From the sequence record OR529409.1: DNA of 64,000 bases; one strand, written 5' to 3'. Below the pieces are notes generated by a model. The model was not told the origin of the DNA, did no database searches, and was given only the letters and a program-made list of their open reading frames with translations. The position numbers were made by a program, and so were the translations under genes. How positions within the stretch are numbered: position 1 is the stretch's first letter; the number at the start of each line of letters is the position of its first letter. This document shows positions 18,282-27,006 of this stretch, piece by piece.

Positions 18282-19736
18282 ATGAGTACCCCTTTTCAAT
18301 TTTTACAAAATGTAAAAAGCAGCCCGATGGTTCACATCGGTTTTAACTATAGTCCGCTTTTTGATATGATCAATGGCCGATTCTTTAAGGGATACGACGA
18401 ACAGTATTACCTGAACGGTGGGATCATGGACAACAACGCCACAGTAGGAGGAAGCAACACGCAGAAAACCGGACAGTTGGTATTCGCCTGCCGTCGTTTC
18501 CTGCAACGTTTCCCTATGGGGGTAATCATCTATGTTGACAGCGAGTCGACATTAGATATTGGACGATTGGCTGATGCTGTCGATGCTGATTTCGGTATCC
18601 CTGGGTACTTCTACGATGAGATCTTCGACAAACGGTTCATCTATAAAACGAGTAAAGATGAATTCGATGGTACCGCTTTCCACAATCTCATCAAAGACGC
18701 TTACAACAACTTCAAGGACAACAAAGATAACCCGGACATGTATGTCCAAACTCCGTTCTTGGATAAAGAAAATAAACGGATCAAATGTATTGCGCCGATC
18801 ATGGTTATCTGTGATTCTTTAAGCGACCTTCGTTTCACCGAGGCTTCTGCCAAATTCACAGAAGGTGACGTGGACGAGGGTGGTAAGAAACGTACTCGTG
18901 ATATGGAGTTCGGTAACCTCAAACGCGTTGTCTTTGAGGACTCCAGCAACCTGGGTGGCATCGCCGGCCTCAGACTGTGGTGGGTGGGTCAGATCGCTGA
19001 CATGATTAACATGGACGGCAAGCCGATGGAGAAACAGTCCACCTTCATCCGTCCAGGTAAGAAGATCGCCAAGTGCCCTAAAGCGATTCTCCAGCTCCCG
19101 AGCATCGGGTTCGAGATCATCAAAGGTAGCGGTCTGAAGTCGGATCAAGAATGGATGTATCCGAACCCATTCGGCCGTGACGTAGTCATTGATGCTGATG
19201 CACGAGAAAACCCGGACCTTTTACTTTACAACTTCACGATGTATCGTAATAAGGGCGGAAGTTCCGGTCTACAATGTTCTTTCATCGGTTCTCAGTCAGA
19301 CGGGATCCAGGAAGGACTGAGTATGTATCACACCATTAAAACTGACGGTTATTTCGGTTTAAGCGTGGGTAGCAAGGTCAGTCACGCTTGTGACCTCATG
19401 CCGGACCTTAAAGTTGGCCGAACCACCATTCGTAAGATCGTCAACGAGAACCACCAATTCTACAGGGCGATTACTATCTGTTACCAGATGTGGTTCATGC
19501 AGAACTATTGGATGCGTTTGGATCACAAATACCGCATGACGCCGGCCGAATTATATGCGAAGGTGGCTGAAGCCGGTTACGACTGGACAGAATTATTGGA
19601 AAACTCCGTCGATTACTGGCATCTCAACCCGGACATCAAGAAACATACTCTGACCACCATGCAGCTGTTGGCTGTTGCGTGTGGAGAAGGTTCTATTCCG
19701 TGGGCTTCTAATCGTTTATTAAAGCAAGCGGCATAA
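18282..19736 (+). CDS. uvsX: UvsX/RecA-like recombinase (phiKZ gp152-like)
   Basis: Divergent Walker A GGSNTQKT, YVDSESTL and Walker B VICDSLS; GAGGT RBS. Confidence 0.8.
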   Translation: MSTPFQFLQNVKSSPMVHIGFNYSPLFDMINGRFFKGYDEQYYLNGGIMDNNATVGGSNTQKTGQLVFACRRFLQRFPMGVIIYVDSESTLDIGRLADAVDADFGIPGYFYDEIFDKRFIYKTSKDEFDGTAFHNLIKDAYNNFKDNKDNPDMYVQTPFLDKENKRIKCIAPIMVICDSLSDLRFTEASAKFTEGDVDEGGKKRTRDMEFGNLKRVVFEDSSNLGGIAGLRLWWVGQIADMINMDGKPMEKQSTFIRPGKKIAKCPKAILQLPSIGFEIIKGSGLKSDQEWMYPNPFGRDVVIDADARENPDLLLYNFTMYRNKGGSSGLQCSFIGSQSDGIQEGLSMYHTIKTDGYFGLSVGSKVSHACDLMPDLKVGRTTIRKIVNENHQFYRAITICYQMWFMQNYWMRLDHKYRMTPAELYAKVAEAGYDWTELLENSVDYWHLNPDIKKHTLTTMQLLAVACGEGSIPWASNRLLKQAA

Positions 19737-19742
19737 TTTGAA

Positions 19743-19760
19743 GGGGAGGGAGACCTCCCC
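19743..19760 (+). terminator. GNRA terminator hairpin
   Basis: GGGGAGG-GAGA-CCTCCCC followed by a T-rich tract. Confidence 0.65.
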
Positions 19761-19790
19761 CTACTTTATTATTTAAGGATTATTAGGGTT

Positions 19791-20159
19791 ATGATTAAAC
19801 CAGAACTAACCATTTTGATTGTCTCGGATTCTAACTTTAAGAATCTTTGTGATGACCCGACGAGTTATGTCGAAAAGCTCTACGGGATCTTAAACAATCG
19901 GTATAAGGTTCCTATCAAGATCATTACGGTCAGTGGTCGTTACGGACTCAGCGCAATCGATAGTAACATTGAGACGCTCGATGTTGAGGATCGCAATAAG
20001 ACGCTGTTCACCCAAACTATCGAGAACCACGCTGCGGTATTTGACGAACTGCAGATCATTTCTTTAAGTAACATCGTGGATCCCTTTATCGAAGGTGTAG
20101 CGGATACCATGAGCGCGTTACAAAAGAACATTACTCGTTATTCGTACAAACGTAAGTAG
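19791..20159 (+). CDS. Hypothetical protein
   Basis: ORF in the operon with the vRNAP subunit. Confidence 0.7.
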   Translation: MIKPELTILIVSDSNFKNLCDDPTSYVEKLYGILNNRYKVPIKIITVSGRYGLSAIDSNIETLDVEDRNKTLFTQTIENHAAVFDELQIISLSNIVDPFIEGVADTMSALQKNITRYSYKRK

Positions 20160-20165
20160 GTTAAC

Positions 20166-20840
20166 ATGGGTAACAGAAAAGCTGCCGAAGACGTTATTTT
20201 GGATTTCGTGGGTAAACTCACTAAAGGTGGGTTTAACCTGAAGGTCTATACCGACCTTTTTAAAAACATGAACGACGCTCAGTTTGAACAGTTTATCGAT
20301 AAGATCGATAAACAAGGTGGTATGCCGCTATGGACATCCAACTGGGATAAGAACGAGCATATCGAATACGACACTGTCCTCGGACTAGCCAAAGAATACG
20401 GGGTGGAACTCGAGACCCAACTCATCATCACCGATGAAGACACTGGTGTAGAACTCATCACACCAGAAACTTATTTGGTTGGGATAGCTGAGATCCGTAA
20501 ACAGCGTCAGATGCTCGTTAAAAAGTTTGGTGCTGCTAAAGACGACACCAGCACCGACGACTTAACGGGTCAGGTTGTTGGGGATAGCCGAGGGACGGGT
20601 ATTTCCTCTCCGGAGATTAAGATCCTTATGGCACTCGGACTCAACACCGTGGCAAAAGAGATCTACGATGTCAAAGGCGGTGATGAAAAGGCATTGGAAG
20701 TTTATAGAACAGAGCTCATGGAGACTGGATCGACTAACGTCAACAATGCCTTGAAGCGGGGCAGTGGTGTCAAATCCCTTCAGACCACCCACTATCTGTT
20801 TAACGCCAGACACATCGAAAACAACATCGATAAGAGGTAA
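20166..20840 (+). CDS. rpoB: Virion RNA polymerase beta C-terminal subunit (phiKZ gp149-like)
   Basis: DDLTGQVVGDSRGTGISSPEIKILMALGLNTVAKEIYDVKGGD aligns to the RpoB C-terminus ([42 protein letters not shown]). Confidence 0.85.
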   Translation: MGNRKAAEDVILDFVGKLTKGGFNLKVYTDLFKNMNDAQFEQFIDKIDKQGGMPLWTSNWDKNEHIEYDTVLGLAKEYGVELETQLIITDEDTGVELITPETYLVGIAEIRKQRQMLVKKFGAAKDDTSTDDLTGQVVGDSRGTGISSPEIKILMALGLNTVAKEIYDVKGGDEKALEVYRTELMETGSTNVNNALKRGSGVKSLQTTHYLFNARHIENNIDKR

Positions 20841-21271
20841 TGATGGAACACATCAATCGAGCCGTAGAGGTCTGGGCTCAAGAATTTGCAACGCTGGCAG
20901 AAATCGACGAACTCAAAGTTCTGCAAGATGCGATCAGTAATGCGATCATTACGAAGAGCATCCTTTCTTTTGACGAAGGTGTTTCTGAGCTCGAGCAAAG
21001 CTTATCCGCCCAGCCTGAATACTACGATCAAATCCATGGTGTGATCTTCCGGCTATTGGCTGAGGTTCCTTTGGATAAGCTTAAAGCTGAACTTAACGAG
21101 ATCGTTACGGAAATGAATGAAACCGGGTATTTCAAACACTTACGCCCCACTCTGGATACTCCGATGGATGTTTTCTGTTTCGTTTTAAAGATCTACTACA
21201 AGCAGATCATTGCGGAGCTGGGCCGGCACATTCAAATCCCTACGAAGAAAACCCGCCCTACCAACGTGTAA
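20840..21271 (+). CDS. Hypothetical protein
   Basis: TAATG coupling to the vRNAP subunit gene. Confidence 0.7.
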   Translation: MMEHINRAVEVWAQEFATLAEIDELKVLQDAISNAIITKSILSFDEGVSELEQSLSAQPEYYDQIHGVIFRLLAEVPLDKLKAELNEIVTEMNETGYFKHLRPTLDTPMDVFCFVLKIYYKQIIAELGRHIQIPTKKTRPTNV

Positions 21272-21280
21272 AGGATTCTC

Positions 21281-21979
21281 ATGAACACGCTTAACGTTTA
21301 CACCGAACTCGATTCACTTTTTGATTCCCGGCGTGCGACTTTGGAATCACTCCTCCCTAGTAATGAAACCTGGGAAGGTGTTTACGCCAAGCAGTATAAA
21401 GAACGTAAGCTGGATCTATTCGAACGAAAAGAACTCGGGATAACCCAATCCATTTACGAACAGGCTTATGACAAAAGAGACCTGTCTTTGTTCACCAACA
21501 TCAAACCGACTCAAGTACTGAGCAAGCTCCTGCTGTTAGTACTGGATAGCGAACAACTGGTCGGTAAACCAATCGCTTTAAACGTCGTCAATATCACCAT
21601 TAATCTTTATCCCTACGATCTTGACGAAGATTTGGTTAACGAGTTAGAAAAGAATATCAAACAAGCTTTGGTTTTCAAAAACGAACTCACTTTTGTTTCC
21701 AAGCCTCCTACCGAACTGGACGCAAGGTATTTTAAAAACTTCGATAACGTTTTTAAATACGACATCCTGATCGGTAAAGATTCTAAAACGTTCATGGAAT
21801 CCTTAGCGAAAACTCCTATTAAAGACACGAAGTTCTTCGTACCGGATCTTTACGTTAAGCAGCCGGACAACGGGATCGTTTGTTCTCCTGAAGAACTCGT
21901 TGAAAGTTTTAGTGTGGTACTTGCGCCAGCGCTTACATTACTTTGCGTCCGGCATAGCGTTTATGATTACATGGAATAA
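21281..21979 (+). CDS. Hypothetical protein (LNVYTELDSLFDSR N-terminus)
   Basis: AAGGA RBS, 232 aa. Confidence 0.75.
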   Translation: MNTLNVYTELDSLFDSRRATLESLLPSNETWEGVYAKQYKERKLDLFERKELGITQSIYEQAYDKRDLSLFTNIKPTQVLSKLLLLVLDSEQLVGKPIALNVVNITINLYPYDLDEDLVNELEKNIKQALVFKNELTFVSKPPTELDARYFKNFDNVFKYDILIGKDSKTFMESLAKTPIKDTKFFVPDLYVKQPDNGIVCSPEELVESFSVVLAPALTLLCVRHSVYDYME

Positions 21980-21981
21980 CA

Positions 21982-22006
21982 GGAGAGAGGGCAATGCCCT
22001 CTCTCC
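21982..22006. terminator. Bidirectional terminator hairpin
   Basis: GGAGAGAGGGC-AAT-GCCCTCTCTCC between convergent genes. Confidence 0.8.
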
Positions 22007-22010
22007 CATT

Positions 22011-22505
22011 TTATACTGACGGCTTAACAATTTCACCTTCAAAGTCAACTGATATGGCACCCATATCAAGTTCTTTGTCTTTGATCCTGCCGATATCGGC
22101 GAGTTGTGAAAGTGGAACATTGGGATCCAGGAAGGTAGGTTGGCCTGGTGCGAAACTAGGAAGTTTTAATTCGCCAGTGCTTAATGACTGAAGTGCGTCG
22201 ACCATTTGTTTGAATGAAACTTTATTGTCTTCATTCTCTTTTTTCTTCGCGCGTTCTTTTCGATCATCCCTTACTGATTTTTCAAGCTGAGTCAGCAAGG
22301 AGGAGATCGCTTCCAGTAGTTTAGGATCACCTGGTTTATTGGAGTAAGCCATAGAGGCGATGTCCAGTATCATACTACGGTGCGACTGCACTGCCTGAAT
22401 GAGCTGAGTCTGTTCAATATCTTCGTCAGTCGGATGGAGAGCAGCATTGATTGCAGACATCACCTTTTCTATCCGTATCTGAAGGGGTGCTTTTTCGTCC
22501 ATCAT
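22011..22505 (-). CDS. Hypothetical helical protein
   Basis: 164-aa ORF ending at the hairpin. Confidence 0.7.
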   Translation of the reverse strand: MMDEKAPLQIRIEKVMSAINAALHPTDEDIEQTQLIQAVQSHRSMILDIASMAYSNKPGDPKLLEAISSLLTQLEKSVRDDRKERAKKKENEDNKVSFKQMVDALQSLSTGELKLPSFAPGQPTFLDPNVPLSQLADIGRIKDKELDMGAISVDFEGEIVKPSV

Positions 22506-22516
22506 AATTTTTTAAA

Positions 22517-22526
22517 CCTACATTAT
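22517..22526 (+). promoter_or_regulatory. Putative early promoter CCTACATTAT
   Basis: Shares CTACATTATCA with the 7070 and 58997 copies; upstream T-tract. Confidence 0.55.
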
Positions 22527-22575
22527 CAAGGTAGTGGAATAAATAAAATGTTTTTAGCCCTTAGGGAACGTTAAC

Positions 22576-23169
22576 ATGCTTAAGAAATTTTTCAACTGGC
22601 TGGGGTTTAAAAGCAAATCGATAGGTAAGGCAGATACCCCGTTAGACGTTATAGAACGCATCAGGGAAGGCTTTCTTCCTAAGAACATGCGAAGCTTAGA
22701 TAAACCTTTGTCTCTTCTATACGATTTAATTAAGACGCTTCCTGAGCTGGAATACAATGATTATAAAAAGTTACAGCGTAACACAGTTAAGGTTAGATCG
22801 CTGAGTTCGTTAGACATGTTCCATCTTTTAAAATCATCGGTTTTATCCAGCCAAGCGGAATATATGGATGCGGTGCAACGTTTAAATAGCGTCGCTACCG
22901 AAAGGCCCTTTCTTCATTGGTACTCTGGAGAGGAAAGCGCTGTCGCACTTAACGAACTGTTTTTAAAACTTCTACCTAAAATAATCCTTTTCCACCAACT
23001 TAACAACCAGAGTACATTTCAGCAGAATGAAGACATGGGTGGATTTACGAATATCGAAATCCGGTTCTTTAGTTCTGTTCAGCTAAGATATATGGTCGAA
23101 GACTATATTAGCATGTTGGAAGTGTTACTCTCACATCATTTTGGAGGCTCGGTTGAAGAAGCCCACTAA
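22576..23169 (+). CDS. Hypothetical protein
   Basis: AGGGA RBS, 197 aa. Confidence 0.7.
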   Translation: MLKKFFNWLGFKSKSIGKADTPLDVIERIREGFLPKNMRSLDKPLSLLYDLIKTLPELEYNDYKKLQRNTVKVRSLSSLDMFHLLKSSVLSSQAEYMDAVQRLNSVATERPFLHWYSGEESAVALNELFLKLLPKIILFHQLNNQSTFQQNEDMGGFTNIEIRFFSSVQLRYMVEDYISMLEVLLSHHFGGSVEEAH

Positions 23170-23569
23170 ACATCCCGTAGAACTTGAAATCTCTAAGTTG
23201 TCCAATAACTCATGTGCCGACAGTGATCTGGCCGACGAGCCCGCAAGGTTATTCCGTAAGCTTTTACGTAAACTTAACATGAATGTTGACAAGCTCTGTT
23301 TGCTTATGAACGAATATGTTAAGTGGACCGTGACGGGGGAGGACGAGGCTGAAATCAGAAAAAGACGTTCCTACACAATGGGGAATATTAAAGACACTTA
23401 TTTTAAGAACCCCACACTGACTTTCAGCAAACTTATCGAGGGATTAAGTATCCTGAGAATGAGTAAAGTGGAAGTTATCCTACGGGTCTATGATAAGAAA
23501 GGTAACGTGACCGAGGTCTCAGAAACTGTGAGAATCATCAGTAGTCCCGACGACAAAAAAGACGATTAA
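23141..23569 (+). CDS. Hypothetical protein
   Basis: Overlaps the previous gene and ends before a hairpin; start uncertain. Confidence 0.65.
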   Translation: MEARLKKPTKHPVELEISKLSNNSCADSDLADEPARLFRKLLRKLNMNVDKLCLLMNEYVKWTVTGEDEAEIRKRRSYTMGNIKDTYFKNPTLTFSKLIEGLSILRMSKVEVILRVYDKKGNVTEVSETVRIISSPDDKKDD

Positions 23570-23581
23570 TCTTATAGCCCG

Positions 23582-23609
23582 AATACTCCTACCTTAGGGT
23601 AGGAGTATT
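23582..23609. terminator. ACTCCTAC-family hairpin
   Basis: AATACTCCTACC-TTAG-GGTAGGAGTATT. Confidence 0.8.
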
Positions 23610-23644
23610 TAACCCTATTATTTATTTTTTTTTAGGATATCGTT

Positions 23645-24763
23645 ATGGATTTAAATCCCAATAGTATTTTTGACAGCATCGATTTTAAATCTCCCGTATC
23701 CGATATCAAAAAAGAAGCGGATACTAAACTCGCTGATTTAAAAGGTATCGTTCTTAACCCTATCAGCTCTAGCACCGCAAGGATTAAAGAAGGTATCGCC
23801 CTGTTAAACAACATGGACACTAAGTTTAAGCAAGCGGTGACGGAATTTAAATCTGACGTCATGGGTGTCGCCAACAGTATTATAGGCACCCTTCAAGATG
23901 GGTACTTCACCATTAATGAAATAGTAAGTATGGTCATAGGCGCTTATACCAGCCTGACTAATCTTGCTCACATTGGGGACGATCTCAAATCCATACTGGG
24001 GACTAACGTCAGTAATATCGACGGGTTCTTAGATCGGTTCAGCAACATCTTCGTCAACAGCATTAACTCGAAGGTAAGGGCGAGCGGGTACAAATCCAAC
24101 ACGGTTAGTAGTGGCGGTGAATTTCTCACTATTACTCAGAGTAATAACAATCCGTCTTCCCAGGCCATCATTGCTGCATTGGGTAAACTGTCAGTAGGCG
24201 ATCTTCAGGATTCTTACGATAGTTCAGTTTCTACTGCGGTATACGGCACCCTCTTATCACAAGCTGTTTCCAGTGGATTGACTTCTTCCTACGCCGATCT
24301 TTATAACAAGATCACGGATAAAACCGAGGCTGATAAAGCAGTTGTCTCGGCAATAGGTAACGCCCTTGCTAACGGCGATCTGACTTCAATTGAAAATCTC
24401 TTAGCGTTGATTACTAACAGCGGAGCGAAACTCACTATTGGTTCCACCTATCCCAATGCTGCCGAAACCCTGTTAAGTAAATATAAACCTCTGGATTCTC
24501 AAGATGTTTCAGATTACCCGGCTATCTCCGAACAGCTGAAAACTATCTTGGTTCTCTTTGGGGGAGTCAACTGGTGGAAAGTCTACACTTCATTAGGTTG
24601 GGTTCCTAATTTACTTATTGCTTCTAAGCTATCAAGCAGTGTCAGGGATATTTGGATGGAAGACTCTGAACTCTTTGCATTAGTGGCTTGCAAAGGTTTC
24701 TTTAAAGAGATGACCGCACGTAAAGCCTTCTTAACCAACTTTCCACAAACCCCGATAAGTTAA
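23645..24763 (+). CDS. Putative virion structural protein
   Basis: 372 aa, S/T/A-rich, next to the tail genes. Confidence 0.6.
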   Translation: MDLNPNSIFDSIDFKSPVSDIKKEADTKLADLKGIVLNPISSSTARIKEGIALLNNMDTKFKQAVTEFKSDVMGVANSIIGTLQDGYFTINEIVSMVIGAYTSLTNLAHIGDDLKSILGTNVSNIDGFLDRFSNIFVNSINSKVRASGYKSNTVSSGGEFLTITQSNNNPSSQAIIAALGKLSVGDLQDSYDSSVSTAVYGTLLSQAVSSGLTSSYADLYNKITDKTEADKAVVSAIGNALANGDLTSIENLLALITNSGAKLTIGSTYPNAAETLLSKYKPLDSQDVSDYPAISEQLKTILVLFGGVNWWKVYTSLGWVPNLLIASKLSSSVRDIWMEDSELFALVACKGFFKEMTARKAFLTNFPQTPIS

Positions 24764-24798
24764 ATAACTACCGTCTCCCTTTGGGAGACGGTAGTTAT
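24764..24798. terminator. Bidirectional terminator hairpin
   Basis: ATAACTACCGTCTCCC-TTT-GGGAGACGGTAGTTAT between convergent genes. Confidence 0.85.
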
Positions 24799-24813
24799 AA
24801 TTAGATCATTTTT

Positions 24814-26994
24814 TTATCTTGGAAATTGTTGGTGGAAAAGGCGTCCAACATCATTTAGGATCGAGTCGTTTACAATACCCGCGATATTACCTGCGGAAAC
24901 TGACTGACTTATCGAGTTCTTAGCCGTGGTTAATCTCCTTGAGAGTTTGTTCCATCTTAAAACGGTATCAAGGTAATCGGAACCGGACAATCTCGTAATG
25001 TAGTCGGTATATTTCCCGGTATCGATCAACATCCTGTTAACCGCTTCAGCAGGGTTCGTCATATCGAGTAAGGAGACTGCCCTGGAGATAGGAAGCGAGA
25101 CATGTTTTTCTAAATCGACAAAGGAGATATCAACAGTACAGTTCAACGGTTTACGGTCTTTCTTCCAACCACCAACGCCTTGACCAAAGGAGATCGTTGC
25201 GGAATCGACCATGCACGTTCTCATGATGGCACGACTCTTAGAAAAGATCTTACACAGGAAGGGTGATGTGTGAGCTGAAGGACCTGCGCTTAACGGCAGA
25301 ATGATCGGCATCAATAATGATAGCGGAACCCAGATATTCATCAGTTGCGAATAAGGGTGTGCGTAAGTCGCCTCAAAATAGAAACGATAAGTTTCTTTAT
25401 GTAGGTTTGCTGACGATTCGGCCCAGTGATCCGGAATGTTGATATAAGAGTTGTTCATTAACGCCATGGGAATGTTAGCGATCCCTATGGAGTTAATCCC
25501 GCCCATAGCAACTTCTTTCAAACCACTAATAACACCGTCAACAACACCTACCCCTGTCATGCCCCCGGCTAGATCAAAACGAAGATCATTAGCCGCTTTT
25601 GACATGCTGTTGAATTTATCCGCTACGGCTGACTGAGTGGCCGAGTTAGAGAAGTTATCCGTTACTTCGCCAAGATGTTCTACTCGCCAAGTAATAGCAT
25701 CTAGGCCGCCGTACCAAGACGTTTTAACGAGATCAGCAACTTGTCCCGCCCACGAAGAGTCAGTGACGTTATCCGTAGCCGCAGTTAATCTCGCTGTAAC
25801 GGATTCCAGACTCTCCGAAGCAGAGGAGAACTCACCTTGCCCAGAAGAGGCCGTGGTGGTCGTTCCGCTTCCGTCAGTATTCATTGACGAAGCATCAGAT
25901 GATGCGGCAGTCGCCGTCCCTGTCCCGGTCGTATCCGTGGTAATTGCTTGCGGGAGTATGCTCGTGTAAGCATCTTGATCGGTAAACGCCGAGGCTTTCT
26001 CCGGGTAATACCCTTCTTCTTTAGCACGATATTTACCGGTGGTGTTCAATTCCTTTTGCATCAACTCATTGACACCATACTGTTTCCCAGAGAGAGTTTC
26101 GGCATTGAACTGGATGTTTTTGGCAATATCTGCCATCGCATCGTATTTTTCCTGAGCGGAGTTAATGATGCGTTCGTTGAGCTTCTCAATTTCGGATAAG
26201 AACTTCCGATATTTCCTCGTCCCTAGTGAGACCAGTCGAATAACGTCTATTGTTCCGTCGTCGTTAATACAGTCCGGAAATAATGCGTTTAATCGCGCTA
26301 TTTCATTATAGTAATTCCCGGCTTCTTCTGGGTCAACACCATTGATAGGTGCTCCCGGCGGTTTCTTAATAGCAAGAACGGGTTTTATAAATCCTTGAGC
26401 TGTAGCAACGTCGTTTAAGAAGTTATTAGCTGCAGTCAGGTACATGCCCATGCTAGGCTTCACGTAATAATACTGATTACGCGGAGTATCCATGAGGAAG
26501 TCTAAGAACGTCATCCCGATACTGATCAGCTGGATGGGCCAGAATGCCAAAGTGCCTAACCCCTGACCGAAGTAGAAAGCCAGGCTAGGACTACGACCTT
26601 TGTTGGCCTGAATAGCGGCTACTGGGTCAAACATACGTTCCAAGAAAGTCAATATCCCTGTGAATTCCGGAACCCCAACAGTGATAGTAAGAAGAGACGC
26701 ATTATCGTCATAGATCTTCTTATACTGTGTTCCCATCCCGCCGTATGAGGAAGACAAAAATTGGGAATAACGGGGGTCTGTTGCCGGCCCAAATTGAGGG
26801 ACTGGGTTGATGTACCGGTTATCCCCAATCGCACTACTGAAAAAGTTGTAATAAAGGTCTTTGTTAAGGTGATCTCGGATAGTGACGTTATCTATCCCAG
26901 TGCACATTAATTTGAAAGACTTAGCGATGAGATTTCTATCTCGTAAAGATATGCTGTTAGCCACGCCGTGTCTCCTGATTGGTGGGGCTTTCAC
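24814..26994 (-). CDS. Tail/baseplate structural protein (phiKZ gp182-like position)
   Basis: 726 aa immediately downstream of the tape measure; T/S/G-rich linker. Confidence 0.65.
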   Translation of the reverse strand: MKAPPIRRHGVANSISLRDRNLIAKSFKLMCTGIDNVTIRDHLNKDLYYNFFSSAIGDNRYINPVPQFGPATDPRYSQFLSSSYGGMGTQYKKIYDDNASLLTITVGVPEFTGILTFLERMFDPVAAIQANKGRSPSLAFYFGQGLGTLAFWPIQLISIGMTFLDFLMDTPRNQYYYVKPSMGMYLTAANNFLNDVATAQGFIKPVLAIKKPPGAPINGVDPEEAGNYYNEIARLNALFPDCINDDGTIDVIRLVSLGTRKYRKFLSEIEKLNERIINSAQEKYDAMADIAKNIQFNAETLSGKQYGVNELMQKELNTTGKYRAKEEGYYPEKASAFTDQDAYTSILPQAITTDTTGTGTATAASSDASSMNTDGSGTTTTASSGQGEFSSASESLESVTARLTAATDNVTDSSWAGQVADLVKTSWYGGLDAITWRVEHLGEVTDNFSNSATQSAVADKFNSMSKAANDLRFDLAGGMTGVGVVDGVISGLKEVAMGGINSIGIANIPMALMNNSYINIPDHWAESSANLHKETYRFYFEATYAHPYSQLMNIWVPLSLLMPIILPLSAGPSAHTSPFLCKIFSKSRAIMRTCMVDSATISFGQGVGGWKKDRKPLNCTVDISFVDLEKHVSLPISRAVSLLDMTNPAEAVNRMLIDTGKYTDYITRLSGSDYLDTVLRWNKLSRRLTTAKNSISQSVSAGNIAGIVNDSILNDVGRLFHQQFPR

Positions 26995-27006
26995 CCCACC
27001 GTATGG